Source: Mayamaea pseudoterrestris
Lineage: Eukaryota
Assembly: GCA_027923505.1 (NCBI GenBank)
Contig: BROI01000024.1
Span: 372,001 to 436,000, forward strand
Length of the DNA: 64,000 nt
Direction: 5' to 3'
The translations under genes and the position numbers were made by a program. Of the stretch, positions 44,667 through 57,162 are shown piece by piece; the first letter of the stretch is position 1, and every line of letters starts with the position of its first letter. The notes under the pieces were generated by a model. It was not told the origin of the DNA and searched no databases. It saw only the letters and a program-made list of their open reading frames with translations.

Positions 44667-45820
44667 TTACTCGTTGCCTTTACCTTTGCTTTTGCCGGCG
44701 AGATGTAGTCGAACCAGGTCAGCCGCAGAGGCATGATCGGATATTTTATAGTTCTCCAATAGCCATGGAGACTTCATCAGTATGGATGCGGGTATTCGCT
44801 TAGCTATGCACGCGAATTGAGGCGAAAAGGCAGTGAGTGAAGCGAATGAAATAGCATGGCAAATCGTTTCCACTATCCGTAAAACATACCAGGATGTTGC
44901 TGTAAGCAAGCACTTAACATTTCTGCGAGCCCAGACTCTGCATTCGCAGGAATAATTGACTTTGTACTCGTCTCTTCCACAGTGACCAACAACTCCACCA
45001 AGGAACGACAGTCTTCCCATGGCGCTTCCAGAGTCAAGCACTGCACCAAGCAAAGCCCGAAACTCCACAAATCGCTCGACCGACCGTAGGCACGTCCTCG
45101 CAATCGTTCCGGCGCCATGAACTTGCTCGTTCCGAGCAGAGTCGTGTTGAGGCAGGAGGACGAAACATCCGACGCCAGTCCAAAGTCGGCCAGTTTCACA
45201 ACTCCTTTCGACGCATCAAGGAGAATGTTCGCCGGTTTCAAGTCGCGGTGTAAAATCTTGTGCGCATGTAGAGCACTCAAGCCATCCAATGTTTGAAACG
45301 CTACTCCGGCAATCATGTCATGCGGCACACTGCTCGTTCTTCCAGAAATGTAGTCCTCCAACGAACCACCGTCCATGTACTCCACAATCATGGCAACCTG
45401 CTCATGCTGCAGAAAGGCACCATGGAGTTGGATCAACGATGGCGACGTTTGCTGGAGTGACTGCTGCAGAGACACCAAGGCCTTGAGCTCCTTGACCAGC
45501 ATGTCACTGTGACTCGCCATGTCGATCGAAAACGTTTTGACAGCCACAATGACGTCAATGTTCGATGAATCACTCGCAGTTTGCTTCCACGTCGCTCGAT
45601 GCACCTTGGAAAAGGCTCCCTTGCCGAGTAGCTCGTGCAGCTCCACACAGTCGGGCAGTAGCTGGTTTCGCGAAATGGTGGCGCCATCGAAGCGAAGGTA
45701 GTCGGGACCAATGGAGATGTTATTTTGACGAAAGGTTGTCACGAGCTCATCCAGCTCATGGTCGGGTTGTTCAAACAGCTCCGCGTCAAGTGTTAACCGA
45801 GGTCGTTGCTGCTTCTGCAT
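44667..45820 (-). CDS. MAP kinase kinase (STE7/MAP2K-like); intron 44889-44804
   Basis: LGKGAFSKV, VEYMDGGSLED, HRDLKPANILL, DFG, GTSKFMAPERL, SDLWSFGL. Confidence 0.85.
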
Positions 45821-46185
45821 GTTATGCTTGGTTGCTTGTCGTGCTGGCGAATGAGCGAATGAGCGATTTTTGATGCGTGATGAACGATGAGCAAGCAGCT
45901 TCCACGGCGAATGAGCGGAGCACTATTAGCGACTTTTGATAGTTTAATTGTCCCTTAACCAAGCTTTAGTGCAAATTGATCGGGTCGTTTCGTAACCTTG
46001 TGGCATTTGTGGCCGTTTTATCATTGGATGCGGCGGAGAAAGAAGTGATGCAACCCGTTGAGTACCGGTCCGACTCCTCTGCGTGACGCTTTCGCGGAAC
46101 GAACAAAATGGCACTCGACGACCCGCGCTCATAATCACCATGGCCATATCTCGCTCCAACCAAACCTGAATAGCTCTCTGTTATC

Positions 46186-47466
46186 ATGCCGTGGTCCTTG
46201 TTCGCCAAGGATGAAGATGAAAAACCGGACGAAGGAAATGAGAAGCGGTATTTCCAAGACATGCAGGATGCACTCTTGATGCGACGGCCTGCCGCTTCGT
46301 CTTCCACTGATGTACTCGACAAGCAAGAAAAGGCGGTACTGCACAAACTGAATCAAGCAGCAGAATTGAAACGAGTCGGAAAAAGCAAGGAAGCACTAGC
46401 GCTTTATGAGACTGCATTGGACGAAGGTCTACAGCTTTGTCGGCGGCTCGACCATCAAACCAGTTTGAAGAATCGTCTCCGCATCGCCATGACGGACGCG
46501 GAAAACATCAAGGCATCCATCACCAAGCAACCCAAACCAGCAATGAATGGAAAACTATCCGAGCTGCAGCAATCAATCATTGACGACTTTTACGTTGATT
46601 CATCATCGCTGCAGTCAACCTCCTGGAGCGACATTGCCGGCCTCGAAGCAGTCAAACAGTCGCTTCAGGAAAATGTCATACTGCCACTGCTCCGCCCCGA
46701 CCTGTTTCAAATGGGCCTTCGCAAGCCCCAAAATATACTACTGTATGGTCCGCCCGGCACGGGCAAGACCATGCTGGTGCGAGCGTGTGCGCTCGAGTCG
46801 CCATCGTGCCACTTGTTTGTGTGCGCCGCCTCGAGCTTGGTGTCCAAGTGGATGGGCGAGTCGGAAAAGATTGTCAAGTGCCTGTTTGAAACGGCGCGCA
46901 GCATGGAGCCGGCGTCAATATTGTTTATTGATGAATTGGATAGTGTGTTGGGCCGTCGCAAGTCGGAGGAGCATGAAGCGAGTCGGCGGTTAAAGACGGA
47001 GTTTATGGTGCAGTTGGATGGCATCCAGCAAAAGCAACAGCAACAATCGCATGTCATTGTCATTGGGTGTACGAATTGTCCATTTGACGTGGATGAAGCT
47101 GTCATTCGGCGCTTTCCAAAAATGATTTACGTGCCTCTTCCAGACGCCAAGACGAGGCGAGCATTGATCAAGAAACTGCTCGGCAAGGCGGGAAAGCATA
47201 CGTTAACGAAAGCTGACATTGACTGGCTAGTGGAACAAACAAAAGGCTACTCTTGTTCCGATATTACAGCCTTGGCATCGGAAGCATCCTACGGTCCACT
47301 GCGGTCACTGGGAGGTGTTGACGCGATTCGTAAGGTCAAGGCACAGGACATTCGTCCCATTGCAATTGAGGATTTTGAAAGCGCACTGAAGCAATCGACG
47401 AGAAGCGTTTCTAACAAGCTGTTGAAGCAGTATAGTGACTGGAAGCGAGAGCATGCGTCAATGTGA
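46186..47466 (+). CDS. MIT-like domain plus meiotic-clade AAA ATPase (spastin/fidgetin-like)
   Basis: WSDIAGLEAVKQSLQENVILPLLRPDLF, GPPGTGKT, SLVSKWMGESEK, FIDELDS, EHEASRRLKTEF. Confidence 0.88.
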   Translation: MPWSLFAKDEDEKPDEGNEKRYFQDMQDALLMRRPAASSSTDVLDKQEKAVLHKLNQAAELKRVGKSKEALALYETALDEGLQLCRRLDHQTSLKNRLRIAMTDAENIKASITKQPKPAMNGKLSELQQSIIDDFYVDSSSLQSTSWSDIAGLEAVKQSLQENVILPLLRPDLFQMGLRKPQNILLYGPPGTGKTMLVRACALESPSCHLFVCAASSLVSKWMGESEKIVKCLFETARSMEPASILFIDELDSVLGRRKSEEHEASRRLKTEFMVQLDGIQQKQQQQSHVIVIGCTNCPFDVDEAVIRRFPKMIYVPLPDAKTRRALIKKLLGKAGKHTLTKADIDWLVEQTKGYSCSDITALASEASYGPLRSLGGVDAIRKVKAQDIRPIAIEDFESALKQSTRSVSNKLLKQYSDWKREHASM

Positions 47467-47701
47467 TGGTTAAGTGCAAACTGCTATGTAATCAGGTTTT
47501 CGGCTAATCGTACGATGCCAGTCATTCTAAACACTTCCTACCATTTATACCGAATAGATGAAATGCGTTCAAACGATATAAGCTTAGCCAATGCACACAT
47601 AATTTAGCAATTAACTGTAGGTCCAGCGGAAACATAAATTTTACCGCACACACACAACACTTGCACCGACAAACAAACATTCAGTTGCTAATAGCTGCTC
47701 A

Positions 47702-48585
47702 TTAGCAATCTGTGAACCAGCACGACGTCCAGCTCTTTCGCTCCGGTTCCGGAAACAGATTGACGACGGGAGCCGCTGCCGCGCGACCATTGTGACTTCC
47801 GTTTGGTTCGTGCGGCTTATGCTTGTCCGTCTTGCGGCGGCGCTGCGAAGCCGTCACGGCAGGATTCACTCGCGAGTCTTGACTCGACGGAGTGACGCTA
47901 GCTGATGATTGTTGCGGCAGGACGATGGAACCATTTGCGAGAGCCATCTTGAGCGCCTCTGTCACTTTGGAGCCGCTGTGTTGCTGCAGCATGTCGGCAG
48001 CAGCCGATGGATCGGATACGAACTGATATCCCTGGTGTTCTTGTGACAATTTGAGCTGTAGAAAATAGAGAGAAGTGAGAATAAGCAAACAATTGCATCT
48101 GCTGCTTCCAATCAGAGTCACAATGAGCAAATACCCACCTTCAAGTGCATTCCGATGCTGCCCAGCGGAGCAACTCCAGTCGCTAGAAAGTCAGAGTCAT
48201 TTATAACAAGCTTGAAGAAGAGTCGATTCTTTAATTCATTGTCGAGTTTTTTACTTGACTTGGTATGCAATGTCACTGGCTGTATTCGTTCCAAGCTCGA
48301 TCGAACGTCCATGCCAGTTTCCTCGTACAGTTCCCTCGCCGCTGCTGATCTGGCCGCCCACAAGAGTTGCGCGTCACGATCATTCGCAAATTTAACAGCT
48401 GCTTTTATGAATTCTTGCTCGTCCAAATGGCCGCCGGGAGTCTGAAAGTGAGGACCCTTGGAAAGCTTGCGCGTGCAGTGCAGCAGCAGCAAACCGTGCG
48501 TTTCGTGAATGACAAAAATAAAGCCGCGATAGTCCTTGCTCTTGTAATCGACCAAAATATTATTGGTGATATTTGATGGACTCAT
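47702..48585 (-). CDS. Nudix hydrolase; intron 48138-48056
   Basis: PGGHLDEQE...AAARELYEETG, followed by LKLSQEH. Confidence 0.82.
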
Positions 48586-48846
48586 ATTCAAATGAGTGCT
48601 TTGTATTTGGTATGCTTGTTCACAGATTCCGTTGTTCAATTGCCATGGTCGACTTCGAAAGTGAAGAAGAAAGATCGGGGCTGCTTCGCTCAGTCGAATA
48701 TAGCGATGGGGTTAGGCTGTGACGTCATATTGTTCGCCGCAGCGTCCGTTTTTTCCTTTCCTCGACCATGATGATTGATGAACGCAATTACCGCTGCGTT
48801 GCTTTGCTCGAATTCGCGCTTGTAAATTCGTGCAGCAGCTTGAATC

Positions 48847-50022
48847 ATGGCATCCGCGTACCTGCGGTCACTCTTGTCAAGGCCTCTCGCAGTGCCGATG
48901 CTATGGTACGCGTCAATGTCCATTTTCGACAAGCAGCCATCGGCATCAAAATCGGCTCGTTGCGAGGCAGAAGTAAACAAGAATAACAATGCTTCAACGA
49001 AAGAAACCAAGCAGCAGCAGTTGCAAGCGCGACTCATATTCCTTGGAACAGGCTCCAGTACAGGCTGTCCCAGGCCCCTATGTACCATGCTCTTTCGCGG
49101 TGCCAGTCCCAGCCATGACCCCAAAGTGAAGGATTACTTTGACTGCACCGTTTCCAATCTAGCCGTTCCATTTCATGCCAACAACCCGGCAAACAACAAG
49201 AACTACCGCAACAATCCTTCATTGCTACTGCAAACCGAAAATGGCTGTATTACCATCATTGACGTTGGCAAAACCTTTCGGGAAGGCGCGCTGCGCTGGT
49301 TTCCGCGCTACCAGATTGGATCCATTGACTCCATTGTCTTGACGCACGAGCACATGGACGCCGCCGGAGGTTTGGATGACGTGCGGGGATTTCAACAATA
49401 TGCAATAATTAATGACAAAGAGTCGCAACAGCGGCGAACCAAGGTGGTCCCCATGCCGCTGCACCTTTCGCAACATTGCTACAATGACTTGCAGCAGCGG
49501 TTTCCCTGGCTCTTGCCGCAACCAGCGTCAACGATAGATGCTGCTGCTGCTTCTAGCGACGAAAGCAAGCCAGTCGTTCAACGACACGTGGCAACCTTCC
49601 AAGTCGAAACCTTTGAAGCGTTCCAACCATTTTTGACGAATGACGGTCAATTGGAAATAACGCCACTACCCGTCATGCACGGCGAAGACCTAATTTCCTA
49701 CGGCTTTAGCTTCACCATTGGCACGTTGAACGTTGTCTACTTGAGCGACATTTCCCGCATGCTTCCTTCAACCCTCGACTACATTTTAGACAAGCCAACG
49801 GACATTTTGATTGTGGACGCGCTGCACGAGGCGGAGTCCAACGCCGTGCACTACACGCTGCACGAGGCGCTGGCATTGGTTGCAACGATACAGCCAAAGC
49901 AAACGTACTTTGTGGGAATGAGCTGCGATAGCTTTCTGCCGCATGACGACATGAACAAAATGCTTGCTGGAAAATATGGCAACGTTGCGTTTGCGCATGA
50001 TGGCTTGGAAATATTGGCATGA
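48847..50022 (+). CDS. Metallo-beta-lactamase-fold hydrolase (PhnP/YycJ-like eukaryotic subfamily)
   Basis: FLGTGSSTGCP, NKNYRNNPSLL, IDVGKTFRE, LTHEHMDAAGGLDDVR, PVMHG, YLSD, AHDGL. Confidence 0.9.
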   Translation: MASAYLRSLLSRPLAVPMLWYASMSIFDKQPSASKSARCEAEVNKNNNASTKETKQQQLQARLIFLGTGSSTGCPRPLCTMLFRGASPSHDPKVKDYFDCTVSNLAVPFHANNPANNKNYRNNPSLLLQTENGCITIIDVGKTFREGALRWFPRYQIGSIDSIVLTHEHMDAAGGLDDVRGFQQYAIINDKESQQRRTKVVPMPLHLSQHCYNDLQQRFPWLLPQPASTIDAAAASSDESKPVVQRHVATFQVETFEAFQPFLTNDGQLEITPLPVMHGEDLISYGFSFTIGTLNVVYLSDISRMLPSTLDYILDKPTDILIVDALHEAESNAVHYTLHEALALVATIQPKQTYFVGMSCDSFLPHDDMNKMLAGKYGNVAFAHDGLEILA

Positions 50023-50103
50023 CACTAACGATAATAGAGGTTCTACTGTAGATTTAATCTTTGTACATTGTTTAGTAGAAGATCTCTTTTACATTCACCT
50101 CAT

Positions 50104-50910
50104 TCATTGCCGTTGCTTGGAGCGAAACTCGTCAAAATTCTGTTTCGCTCCCGTCTGAAAACTCGTTACGGCAAAGTTCACCACCGCCTGGTTAACAACG
50201 TTGGACGCCGCCCTGATGGTTGGTTCCGGCAGTAGGCGCAGCGGCAGCGGCAAGACTCCCTTGGTTGCAAAGGCAATGGCTCCAAACACTCCCCTGCCGT
50301 TGCTGCTTGGTTTCATTTGACCAAACACTTGAATGGAAACATTGAGCGACGCGGGCGTGACGGTCAACCCCGGCAATCCCAACACTTGCACGTTTGGGTT
50401 GTAGTCGACGCTCTGCAGCGAAAAAATGGGGTCTCCCGTAACGCGGCTCACGAGCGTCTTCATTTCCACGTCCACGGTCGGAGACAGTTGAATCGTGAAA
50501 AACTGCAGCGTCATGACTTGGAGGCGAAAAATGTGGCGGTCAATTTGCGACAAGAGTTTGGGGTCCCAAATGCTGCGCGCCAAGCCGACCGTGTCGTTGA
50601 GCCAGTGGCGAATGGTGTGCCGATCGTCCCGTTCGACGAGTAACGTTTGAAGGTTGGCGGTTGCTCCAAACTCGATGTGACCAGTGGATTTATCGAGCTT
50701 GAAGTATGGTCCTTTGCGACTCAATAACTCGCGGCGGCGGTTTTCCGAAACAGGAGTCTGTCTTTGGGTTGCTTGTAGTTTTGAAAAGGAAAAGCGATGA
50801 TGATTACGTTGTATCGTCGTTTGTCGTTGCAAGTCAAAGGCGCTCGATGCTCCAAGCGTGAATAACACGCCGGCTGCAGCTGCAAGCAGCTTTGGTGCAT
50901 TCATCCTCAT
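50104..50910 (-). CDS. Probably plastid-targeted protein of unknown function (DUF1997-like)
   Basis: Signal peptide plus ASSAF motif; FRLQVMTLQFFTIQLSPTVDV and LPLPLRLLPE segments resemble DUF1997. Confidence 0.65.
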   Translation of the reverse strand: MRMNAPKLLAAAAGVLFTLGASSAFDLQRQTTIQRNHHRFSFSKLQATQRQTPVSENRRRELLSRKGPYFKLDKSTGHIEFGATANLQTLLVERDDRHTIRHWLNDTVGLARSIWDPKLLSQIDRHIFRLQVMTLQFFTIQLSPTVDVEMKTLVSRVTGDPIFSLQSVDYNPNVQVLGLPGLTVTPASLNVSIQVFGQMKPSSNGRGVFGAIAFATKGVLPLPLRLLPEPTIRAASNVVNQAVVNFAVTSFQTGAKQNFDEFRSKQRQ

Positions 50911-51054
50911 TTTGTATCGAGTCTTTCGTGAGCCTTGGCGTTACAGTCTACTTGGAGGATGATGAGAGACGAAGTGCATGGAAAGGGAACAGCAAGGATG
51001 TGATGGTTTGCGGATTGTTCGACGCGAACGAGAGGTGCTGAGTCATGAGAACTA

Positions 51055-51309
51055 GATGACAAGGCCAAGCTCGAGGCTGCCATTGAGGACACCATCAAGT
51101 GGGTCGATGGTAATTTGACGGCTGAGAAAGAGGAATTCGAGGAGAAGCAGAAGAGTCTTGAGGCCATTGCCACGCCCATTTTGCAGTCGATGGCTGGTGG
51201 TGCTGGCGGCATGCCGGACATGAGTGGCATGGGTGGCATGCCTGGTGCTGGCGGCGCTCCGCCTGCGGCTGACCCGGCGAGTGGACCAACCATTGAGGAG
51301 ATTGATTAA
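51055..51309 (+). pseudogene. HSP70: 5'-truncated HSP70 fragment (last 84 codons) created by the duplication junction
   Basis: Matches 38559-38813; no upstream HSP70 exons or promoter. Confidence 0.9.
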
Positions 51310-51991
51310 AAGAATAATAATGCATTCGTACTAATTTTATCAAATTATTGTTATTACTTTCTTTCTTGATGTTAGCAAGTGATATGTAATGTATAATCTC
51401 GTCTTGTGGAACGAGGATAGTAATAATGATCATCCGGCAAGCCTTGTGCTTGATACACTACACTCTCCCCTGCAGCAGAAAGCAAGCTTGAAAGTCGTTA
51501 TTAAGTCTGCTGCCTCGCACTGAATACACTATAATCTCCATTGTAGCAGAAGCAAGCTCAAGAGTCGTTATCAGGTGTGCTGCCTCGCTCATACTGCAAG
51601 CTAAATCTTAGAAGTGAAATGTCCGATTCCTACAAAAAGCTATATTATGGAGCCGGCGACACTACCATCAAGACTTACCGACCACAAATATATGGGGTGC
51701 TTGTTACTTCCGTTTATTTAGTGCTATCTAGGCCATCAGAGGCCGTCATCCAAAATCAAACTTGGAAAAGCCACTCATGGAGCAATCGATTGTCAGCTTC
51801 CCAGACATGTGTGATATCTGCAGCTGCCGAAAGCGTACATCTCCGCCAAAACCCTTTAACGGCGATTTCGGACAATAGGGTATAATGAAGACTCCGTAAC
51901 GCAACATTCCATCGTTAATTCTTGGCCCAAGAATTTTGTTAAGGACAAATCGCGTACAATAACAAGTCTGTCACCAGGGATCCATTACATC

Positions 51992-54900
51992 TCACCTCCA
52001 ACTCTCGTCTGTCTTGCTTCCTGATGCGTCTGACAGTTTCGAGTCGGATCGCTCCCGCTGTAAAACATGAATGCTCAGGTCGCTAAACATTGGCGAAACG
52101 TCGTCAACCACCTTAAACAGTCGAGGCAGGTTGATGGGCTTGCTTTCCATGACATCCAGACCCGCATCCTTAAACTTCATCAGTTCGCTTCTTTCAAAGT
52201 CATCGACGTACGTAGCCGTCAACGCGCAGATAGGTTGACGCGCCCCGGGACGCATTTTATCCTCCCACTCTCTCAATTGCTTCGTCGCCTCGAAGCCATT
52301 CATGACCGGCATGTCGATATCCATAAATGCAATATCATAAATAGATTGCTTCAGTTTATCCACGCCCTCGGCACCGTTCGAAGCGGTGTCAACGAAAAAG
52401 TCTGCGTTTTCGAAAGCGCGCTTGACCATTTTTCTCGTAACTCCACTATCATCAATGACTAAAATCTTCCGTTTGAGGCCTGTATGTCTCCAGCCGTCAA
52501 GTCCGCTGTTCATACAGTGATAGCGGAGCTGGCGTAGAATCATTAAGGAAGCTTCAGCGTATTGGGTGAGGATTACTTGGTGTTGCATCGGATCCTCTTC
52601 TTGCTCAATCATATCCATGGCCGTGCCCTTTAACTCTTCTAACTGTTGCTCGAACTGAGGGAACATGGTAATACGCGCTTTTACTTTGTTCTTCCGCTCC
52701 TTTTCCTTGTCCAAATTCGATTCGACGGACTCTCCCTGGCCCAGCTGGTTCGTAGATCGGACCATGCCGCCACCATGATCGCTGTCGTCGTTCGAAGTAG
52801 AGCCCAAACCATGATCCGGTTCAGATTGGGACGATTGCTCCTGTTCATGCCCATCTTCATTTATGTGATCTGTATTATCGACATCTTCAATTATAAATTT
52901 TGCAGGTGGATCAGCAAGTAGGCCTTGAAAGGACGCCCAAGTGTTCCAGTCGGCGTTCGCCTGTAATTTATCGAGGTCAAGCCCAACGGAGCCCTTGAGG
53001 CTTGGCAGTAGGTTCGGTAGCTCGTCACGAATCTCCCCCGCCACCTCACTATCAAGAGCAGCCAACAAATCTCCGCGAAGCTTCAGATTTATGTAACCAT
53101 CGCTTCCTCGATCACCCTCGCCGCCATCGGGATCATAAAAATACTTCTGGAGCGCAGTCAACTCATCTTCATCGAACGGAATTCTACTCAGCCAGCCGAG
53201 AAGTCGGAAATAGGCATTTTGCGATGGGGAACCATGTATGTCGTTGATCATCGCCACAAAGTCTGGCGTAAGAAACCTTCTATCCTGGCTATTTGCACCT
53301 AGAGCGGCGGAAAGGTCGAGATCAAAGCCGTCATTCCGAGCGCCCTGGTTTTTCGCAAGTCGGTTGTTTTCCATCCATTGCAGTATCGTTTTCATTTGTT
53401 CGTCCTTTCGAATACGAAAGCATACTTCATTTGGTTCATCTTGAAGCGAGGGGTCAAGTGCACCAATCGCAACCATCGGCGGTCCAGCAGCAAAGCCACG
53501 AACTCGTTTCATTGGAACCCATCTGTTTGAAATTATACCCGTGGCGATATGGCACTGCGCCGCTTGTCCGAGACAGCAATTGTCAAGATCGAGCTCCTCA
53601 AGGCGAGGATGTTGCGCAAGCGTGTAAGCAAGGGCAATCGCGCCAGATATTCGAAGAATGTTGCCGGAAAGACCGAGATAAGTGATCGACTCACACCCGA
53701 TAAGACTCCTCATCAGACTCGTTATTCCACGGCTTCCAATCTGGTTGAAGCTAAGGTTAAGTCGCGAAAGCGCCGTCATACTTTGAAGGGAGGCGGCGAC
53801 GAGTTGACATCCTTGGTCACCAATTGCATTCTTATCCAAGGAGAGGCTTCTAAGCTCGTGCTGTAGCAGCTTGTTCATTATTGTTTCAACGCCACCAGCA
53901 CCGATTGAATTTGACGAAAGCTTCAAATCCACTAGAGGACTTTTAGTGCGCTTCGAAATAATCTTCGTTAACTGGGTAGTACCATCGTCACCGAGATTGT
54001 TATTTGACATGTCTAATCGATCGAGAAATTCCATGGGAACGAACTTTTGTCTGCTTTCAAGGAACCGCACCAAGACGCCAGCTCCGCTCGTACCGAATTT
54101 ATTTGAGGATAAGTTAAGCTCCTGAATTTTACTCTTCGGTCCAAGACCGTCAAACAACCGACTGATAGCATCAGCCGTCATCGAACAATTCGCAAGATGT
54201 AGCACCTTCAGCTCATTCTGGTCTCGCTTGTCTGAAATGCCATTATCACCAGGCTTTTTAATCTTGGTTTTTCGTTTTGACGTCGACAAAAAATCTTCAT
54301 CGTCGTCATCATCGTCTGAGGAAGTCTCATCAGAGTCGTATCCAGTCTTTCTTGTAGTTGAATCCCTTGAGCGTTTCCTCCTTTGCTTCCGAACTTCTTC
54401 AGAAGGTGACAAAGATGTACCTAGCTCCGCAGCGGACCGGACAGATACATAGTTGCCTGACAAGATAAGGCCGCGCAAGGGAGGCAAGCCTCGCCGTTTT
54501 CGCTTGGCAAGAGTTCGCGCAAGCGCTAACAATCCCTTCTCCTCAATTTTACAAAAGCTGATGTCCAACGTTTTCAAGCAAGAATGTTCGCTGTGGATAA
54601 TTTCGGATAGCATCTCCATACCAGCGTTACCAATATATGTATACGAGAGATTAATGACAGATATTGGAGGCGGTGCAGATTGTGGTTGGGCCGGAATGTT
54701 AAATGATGGTCGCCGGTTGGGAGTGAGCTGGCCAGAGCGTCCCGTCGGCGTCGAGTTTGACCCAGGCGGACTCAGACTTTGTCGCTCGCTATCGAGCAGC
54801 AAATGCGCAAACGCGTCCTTCAGACTTATGCCGTTTTGTAAAGTAGCAATCATCAAAGGTGCCACTTTGTCCACAGCGAGTTTACCCGACAGCACAAGCG

Positions 54901-56192
54901 TAATCATTTTTATTTCCTCGGGGTAAAGGCGCGTCAGTCCCATGTCAAGTCGAACACCTTCTCGCACAGACTGTATCATGGACCATGGGTCAAACGTTTT
55001 CTTTTGAGCGCCAGTAACACTTTCCTTCAACGCCTGCTCCATTTGCGACTCAGCCGTGCCACTGCCCCCAAGAGGATTTCCGCCTGACGCAGCGATTCGA
55101 ACCAAATTGATATCTTCTTGACTCATTCCGGAGGCTGACATGGATTCTAGAATCGACTGATACACTGCCAAGTCCTCCATCGATGTCATGCTTTCAAAAT
55201 TCGGTGGCGGTGTGGGTTCTTCTTGGACATTCTGCTGTTCGGCTTCATTGGTCGTCGGTTTAGCACCCATCAGAAACGAAGCCTCGACTGCCTGCACTAA
55301 TATAGCAGTTATCCTCGTTATTCGATTTATCCGCCTCGCTAGCTCTTCATCATGCACGTACGACTCCAGTAGTATTATCGCTGGTATTGGTTCGTGAACG
55401 TATTCCACCGCTCTCGACAATAGCCATATCCATTGGCCGCCGAGCTCCGGCACAGTCCGTCGCCGCAAGTAGACTGGGACACCGGATTGACCCTTGTCCC
55501 AAAAATGCGACTTTATAAATAAGAAACCAGGCAAGTCCTGTTCGTCTACATTGTCATACGCCGTAGTCATTAACAACGCTTCCGGAGGAAAGCCAGTGAC
55601 AGTTCGTGTCGCCTCAAGAATAGTGCCTAGAAAACGGAGGTAAACGGTCAGAAACGAACAATATACGACAAGCCTAATGTGATTATTGCTTACCATTTTG
55701 AGCAATTGTCAAGTAGTGCCCCTCGGGAAGCGACGCCAAAGGATTCTCGTTGGAAAAGCTCATCTCGTCAAAGGGTTGTTGGTGTTGGTGTTGAAGAAAT
55801 TGCTGGAAATACTCGTGCGGAATTTGTTGCTGCATTCCACCATCTTGATGCATGACTCCATCTGTTGATTGCTGATATATGTTTTGAAACGGAGGCTGTG
55901 CTTGTCGATGGAATGGTGATACGCCACTCTTCTCTTCGGGTTGCGCAATTTGAAAATTAATTTGCCCCTGATGTAGCCCCATCACCTCATGAAGAAGATG
56001 CTGATCACCATTGGAAATTTCACCATTGCTACTCGACTGTTCCAGCTCGTTGATGAATTGCAACTGCTGATCATCCAGCTGCACCTGGTTTTGTTTTGTA
56101 TTCGATGACCAGGGGCCCATTGGAATACCCTCGCGCTGAGCAGCTTCCAGCATGGCCGCGCGAGCGGCTTTCTCTGCCGCTTGCATCATCAT
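51992..56192 (-). CDS. PAS-LRR-receiver protein, copy 2
   Basis: Same translation as 39496-43696, shifted +12496. Confidence 0.85.
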
Positions 56193-56729
56193 TTTCCGAG
56201 ACCCTCTCACTCTCTATCAATGTTTTGGAAGATCAAGAAAGTGACCAAAGAATAGATTTAGACTGCGCTCGGATATAAAGGTGCGTTCACCTTGACTACA
56301 CTGCGCGAGTGGATTGCCGTCATCGTTGATCTGCAGCTGTCGCTCACCACGAGGAGTTGGATCCCGTATTTCCGAAAATGACCCGAAAGGTAATCTGGTG
56401 GTCGTAAGAAACCCACTGTGAATGACGCCACAGCGGAACACTGATTTCCCATTGACGTGAACCGACCCGCAGCTCCGTACTTGTGATACGTTGAATGGCC
56501 TTCTGCAGTTCCAGCGAATTCTGGTCTTCCCAAAGAAATTCGCATTCGAGTCATTTTCGATCTGTATCGATTTAAAAGTACTATTACGTACACTCCGCTT
56601 TACTTGTTTTAATTCGGTGCGACATGTCCACGACGCCGCGCGGCCATCACGACGTTTCGTCCACATTCCACATCTCCATCGATCGTTGATCCTTACATTA
56701 GCGACGGAAGTAAACCTTACTCACGAAAA

Positions 56730-57035
56730 ATGACAGAGGAAAACAAGGTATTTGTCAAGCTCGTTTCAGCGGAAGGCCAAGATTTCTTCGTCGACCAAGA
56801 AGTGGCTACCACGGCGTCCAATACGATTCGATGCATGCTGGAAGGCTCGTTTCGCGAAGCGCAAGACAAGGTCATTCGCTTTCCCGACATTTCCAGCTAC
56901 GTGCTTGAAAGAGTGATCAAGTACATGCATTACAAGGCTCAATATAGCAATTCAAATTCCCGTCTGCCGCAGTTTGTCATTGAGCCGGAGTGTGCGCTGG
57001 AGCTGCTGATTGCCGCAAAGTATTTGGATTGCTAA
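56730..57035 (+). CDS. ELOC: Elongin C, copy 2
   Basis: Same translation as 44234-44539. Confidence 0.9.
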   Translation: MTEENKVFVKLVSAEGQDFFVDQEVATTASNTIRCMLEGSFREAQDKVIRFPDISSYVLERVIKYMHYKAQYSNSNSRLPQFVIEPECALELLIAAKYLDC

Positions 57036-57162
57036 GAGTTACGAAGACGAGGAAATTAAGCCGATTATCTGACAACGATATACATTTGTTTTAATAACCT
57101 TTAACTATAGGCAATTGGCGAACTTTGGTGAATGATGCAACTTGTGACATGTTTCGTAGCAT

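Noticed and set aside
49339..49385. MBL motif HEHMDA lacks the last His of HxHxDH
   Set aside because: HxHxDA..GLDD.R is the normal form in this eukaryotic PhnP-like subfamily, so it does not indicate inactivation
50907..51293. 128-aa ORF crossing the duplication junction, a possible new chimeric gene
   Set aside because: Mostly antisense HSP70 joined to promoter DNA, with a non-ATG start
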